DNA from: Thermodesulfovibrionales bacterium
GTDB taxonomy: Bacteria; Nitrospirota; Thermodesulfovibrionia; Thermodesulfovibrionales; SM23-35
Direction of reading: 5' to 3'
NCBI GenBank assembly: GCA_963715195.1
Contig: CAVQRT010000008.1
Span: 45,268-109,267 of the forward strand
Length of the DNA: 64,000 nucleotides
Part shown: positions 61,050-64,000 of the stretch, piece after piece
Layout of the letters: each line of letters begins with the position of its first letter
How positions within the stretch are numbered: position 1 is the stretch's first letter
The notes under the pieces: model-generated
Told to the model about the DNA's origin: nothing
Seen by the model: only the letters and a program-made list of their open reading frames with translations
Database searches by the model: none
Made by a program: the position numbers and the translations under genes

Positions 61050-61135
61050 TGTCATTGCCCGACTTGATCGGGCAATCCAGAATCGAAAGCTTTTGTGAAA
61101 TACACTGGATTATCCGGTCGAGCCGGATAATGACA
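61050..61135. repeat. GTCAT-tagged palindrome dimer (copy I)
   Basis: TGTCATTGCCCGACTTGATCGGGCAATCCAG, 24-bp spacer, CTGGATTATCCGGTCGAGCCGGATAATGACA. Confidence 0.88.
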
Positions 61136-61172
61136 ACCAGAAGCGCAATATCTATCATGTATATTCATTTAT

Positions 61173-62027
61173 TTACTGCGCCTTAAACTTCTCGGTTGTC
61201 TTTTTGTCTCCGCGGAATACTTCAATGGCAGTGAACTGTTCAACCGGTGCAGCCGGAGCTCTTGTGACTCTTGCCCCAGAAGATGCTACTCCTAACAGGG
61301 CTGCCCATCGAGACTACCAATAACCTTCGTTACTGTTGCACCAGTAGTTTTTGCAAGTTCCTTATCCCCAAGTCTCCTCAGAACAAGTTGAAGTCTTCCC
61401 TGTGTGCTTGCAATTGCTAGCTTTTCGGCATCTTCCGGTGTAACATCAACGGTTACTGTCGGGACGACAACAGGCTTGCCTTCTTTCTGTTCAACGATCT
61501 GGCCGATTGCCAGAATCGGCACATTCTGAAGCACAATTTTGCTGATACTCTGAGTTGAACCCGGAGGGGAGGCTATAAGCACAACATCGACAATGTTGCC
61601 CGGATTGATAAAGCCTGCAACACCTGCAACCTGGTCAACACCCACAGTCATTGCCCTGTGGCCCTCGGGAATTTTGTATGTCATGATACCGATAGGGCCT
61701 TCCTTCGGCATAAGCTTGGTTTCCGTGATTGCATCACCGGGCTAAAAATGTCTGTGTTGAAGTCCTGCCAATTACCTGGTCTGATGCTGGAAAAGAACCC
61801 TGCGGCATACTCGCTTTTGGCCACTCCGATGTTTTTACCTGCGTCATGTTTATCGTAGTTCCCATGGGAATTTCGACAGCGGCTACAACAATCCTCTCGG
61901 TTGCAACAGCTTCGCTTACTTTCTGTTCCTGGCCTTTTAAATATGTATAGAGGGCATATGCTGCAACAGCTGCGACAAGAACAGCCAGGACACCTGCGAT
62001 AATTACCGGCTTTGGTTTTGCTGCCAT
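61173..62027 (-). CDS. cpaB: Flp pilus assembly protein CpaB/RcpC (frameshifts)
   Basis: IVVAA..IPMG (SAF-like), GHRAMTV..GVAGFINPG..VDV, LQNVPILA. Confidence 0.88.
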
Positions 62028-62090
62028 AAATACCTCCTTTATTTAATTATAAATGTCAAAAATAAAATCTCAATTTATTTTATTCATATC

Positions 62091-62541
62091 TCATTGAAGC
62101 ATCAACATGTCAGGACAACTGATTTTCCCCAAGGCCAATTTTGAGACCGGACCTACAATGAAATTAAATGTACTTATAGCAGTATACTTTAACTGTATCG
62201 CCAGGTTGTGAACTGGATGTGCCACCACGTTCTCTTCAGTTACATCAATACTAACCGGTTGTGCTATTATCGGGTACCCCGGAGAACGTACAGACAGCGA
62301 TTTTGATAGGATGTAGTACTGCTTCAATACATGACTGTAAATGCATGTAGAGCGTCGACAACATTTGGTTGGAGTTACGACTGCTAACTCTTGCACCCTT
62401 CTGACAGCATTCTTAAGAGAGTTTTTTGTAAACCAGGCCCTTGCAAATTCTAGCAATTCCAAAAACGATAATCAAAGAAGCAAAAAGAATTAATGCTGTT
62501 TCTATTAGTGTTTGGCCCTTTTGCCTATTTAATATTTTCAT
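62091..62541 (-). CDS. tadE: TadE-like pseudopilin (frameshifts)
   Basis: KGQTLIE + hydrophobic segment, LEFARAW..NAVR. Confidence 0.7.
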
Positions 62542-62859
62542 GGATTCCTCTCTAACAATAAATCGGCATATGATGCCGATTATGATGTAATTTTACCTGT
62601 TGAACTTTCCAGATGCATTGTTTATTGGTTAAATGCATTATTTATAAAGATATTGAGAATAGTTCTTATTGTCAAGCATTTTTTTATTATATTTAATAGT
62701 AAAAACCATTAATATTGAAAGTATTACTTTTAGTTTCTATTATCAGGCATTTTTCATACCATAAAATAATAGGTGTTTACTCAACACTCATATGCCGAAA
62801 CATTTACAGCATAACATTTTTTGCAATGAAATAAAAATCAAAGGGAGCCGGGCCAGTGA

Positions 62860-63869
62860 TTAAGAGAGGTGGGATAATATCCCATTTCTTTCAGGTGCTG
62901 GTTTGCTTTGATGTTTAGATTTGTATAACTCCTCGAATTGGCCCTGCAGAAAGATCTTCCTGTATTTGTGTCTGTCCAATTCACTACTGGTAAAGCATGT
63001 ATAAATATATGCTGCCTTGATGCCTTTTATGTACCATCCGATCGTCGATACCCCGCGGTATGTTGCACCGGTGATATCCGCATCCGCAAGATTGGCATAG
63101 TTAAAATTCACGTCAATGATCTTTGATTCTTTCAGATCACATCCGGAAAGGTCTGCTTTCAGGAAAGATGCCCCACTCAAATCTGCTTTGCTTAGGTAGG
63201 CTCCTCTGAGAATCGCATTCCCGAAATAAGAACCGTTCAGATTGGCCTCAGTGAGAAATGCATCGCTCAGATTGGCTGCTTCAAAATATGAACCGCTGAG
63301 GTCAGCTCTGCTCAGGTTTGCCTTTGCTGAGATCTGCCTCAACGAGATGAGCACCGGGATAGGCTTTGCTGAGGTCGGTTCCGCCGAGATATGCTTCAGT
63401 GAGATCAGCATCCTTTAGGTTTGCACCGCAGAGGTTTGCACCGCAGAGGTTTGCCCTTGTTAAGATTTGCTCCGCCGAGGTCAGCTCCGCTCAGATTTGC
63501 TCCGCTGAGATCTGCCCCGCTGAGATCTGCCCCGCTGAGATCTGCCCCGGGATATGCCTTATTGAAATCCATGCTCTCAAGAGAGAGTCTGCTGAGATCG
63601 GCCCCTAAATAGACTTCGTGAAGGATTGCACGACTGAGGTTTGCGCCGCAAAGGATGGCACTCCCTAAATATGCCTTGGTAAGGTCAGCACCGACGAGCT
63701 TGGATTTGCTGAGGTTTGCTCCACCAAAATTCGTTTCAGTGAGATATGTTTCGCTGAGATCAACTCCGGCAAGATTTACTCCGCTGAGGTCCCACTGTTC
63801 GTAGCGCGTTTGGATGTCGATGGTCACAATGTTTGCCAGTCTTTCCCATGTCATTTCTCTCGATAGCAT
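62860..63869 (-). CDS. Pentapeptide-repeat protein (frameshifts)
   Basis: A(D/N)LSG repeats; 15-bp DNA tandem units at ~63470-63550. Confidence 0.85.
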
Positions 63870-63916
63870 GCAGAACCCTCCGTTGAGATATTTTTTCTTG
63901 AGTAAAGCAACATTAT

Positions 63917-63984
63917 CGTCATTCCACGACTTGATCGGGGAATCCAGAAGGGGCTGGATTGTCCGGTCGAGCCGGACAATGACA
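63917..63984. repeat. GTCAT-tagged palindrome dimer (copy J)
   Basis: CGTCATTCCACGACTTGATCGGGGAATCCAG, 6-bp spacer, CTGGATTGTCCGGTCGAGCCGGACAATGACA. Confidence 0.88.
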
Positions 63985-64000
63985 AAAAAGGAATTCCTTA

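Noticed and set aside
63400..63610. 15-bp tandem DNA repeat as a separate element
   Set aside because: It encodes the ADLSG pentapeptide repeats of the CDS

Overview
Bacterial chromosomal window. Gene content is compatible with Nitrospirota or Desulfobacterota, but the lineage is an inference. 1-17 kb is mostly housekeeping and metal uptake: zur-znuACB with a palindromic operator, mqnD-mqnB-DUF89, a porin-DUF4198-cbiM-cbiL-cbiQ-cbiO Ni/Co uptake operon behind a structured terminator-like leader, rpsP-khpA-trmD-rplS-rnhB without rimM, argD-argF and an M23 peptidase. 17.7-24.4 kb is a signalling module: LysM/FecR, CHASE2 kinase, NarL-type regulator, REC protein, Zn-ribbon protein and an RpoD-like sigma. 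26.7-33.7 kb is a synthase-type exopolysaccharide operon: GT2, deacetylase-like, wecB and a YaiO-like barrel. 34-39 kb holds repeats, MITEs and toxin-antitoxin genes or remnants. 38.8-62.5 kb is a mostly minus-strand Tad/Flp pilus locus followed by GT-C/LtaS-like envelope-modification genes, a low-GC NoeA-like cassette and an MshEN-ATPase. The most striking signal is a family of ~30-bp (T/C)GTCAT-tagged palindromes at about ten sites, mostly as inverted dimers; one dimer encloses exactly a small GIY-YIG nuclease gene, suggesting an autonomous/non-autonomous REP-like mobile system. Many genes beyond ~47 kb are frameshifted, possibly from sequencing indels. No rRNA, tRNA or CRISPR array was recognised.
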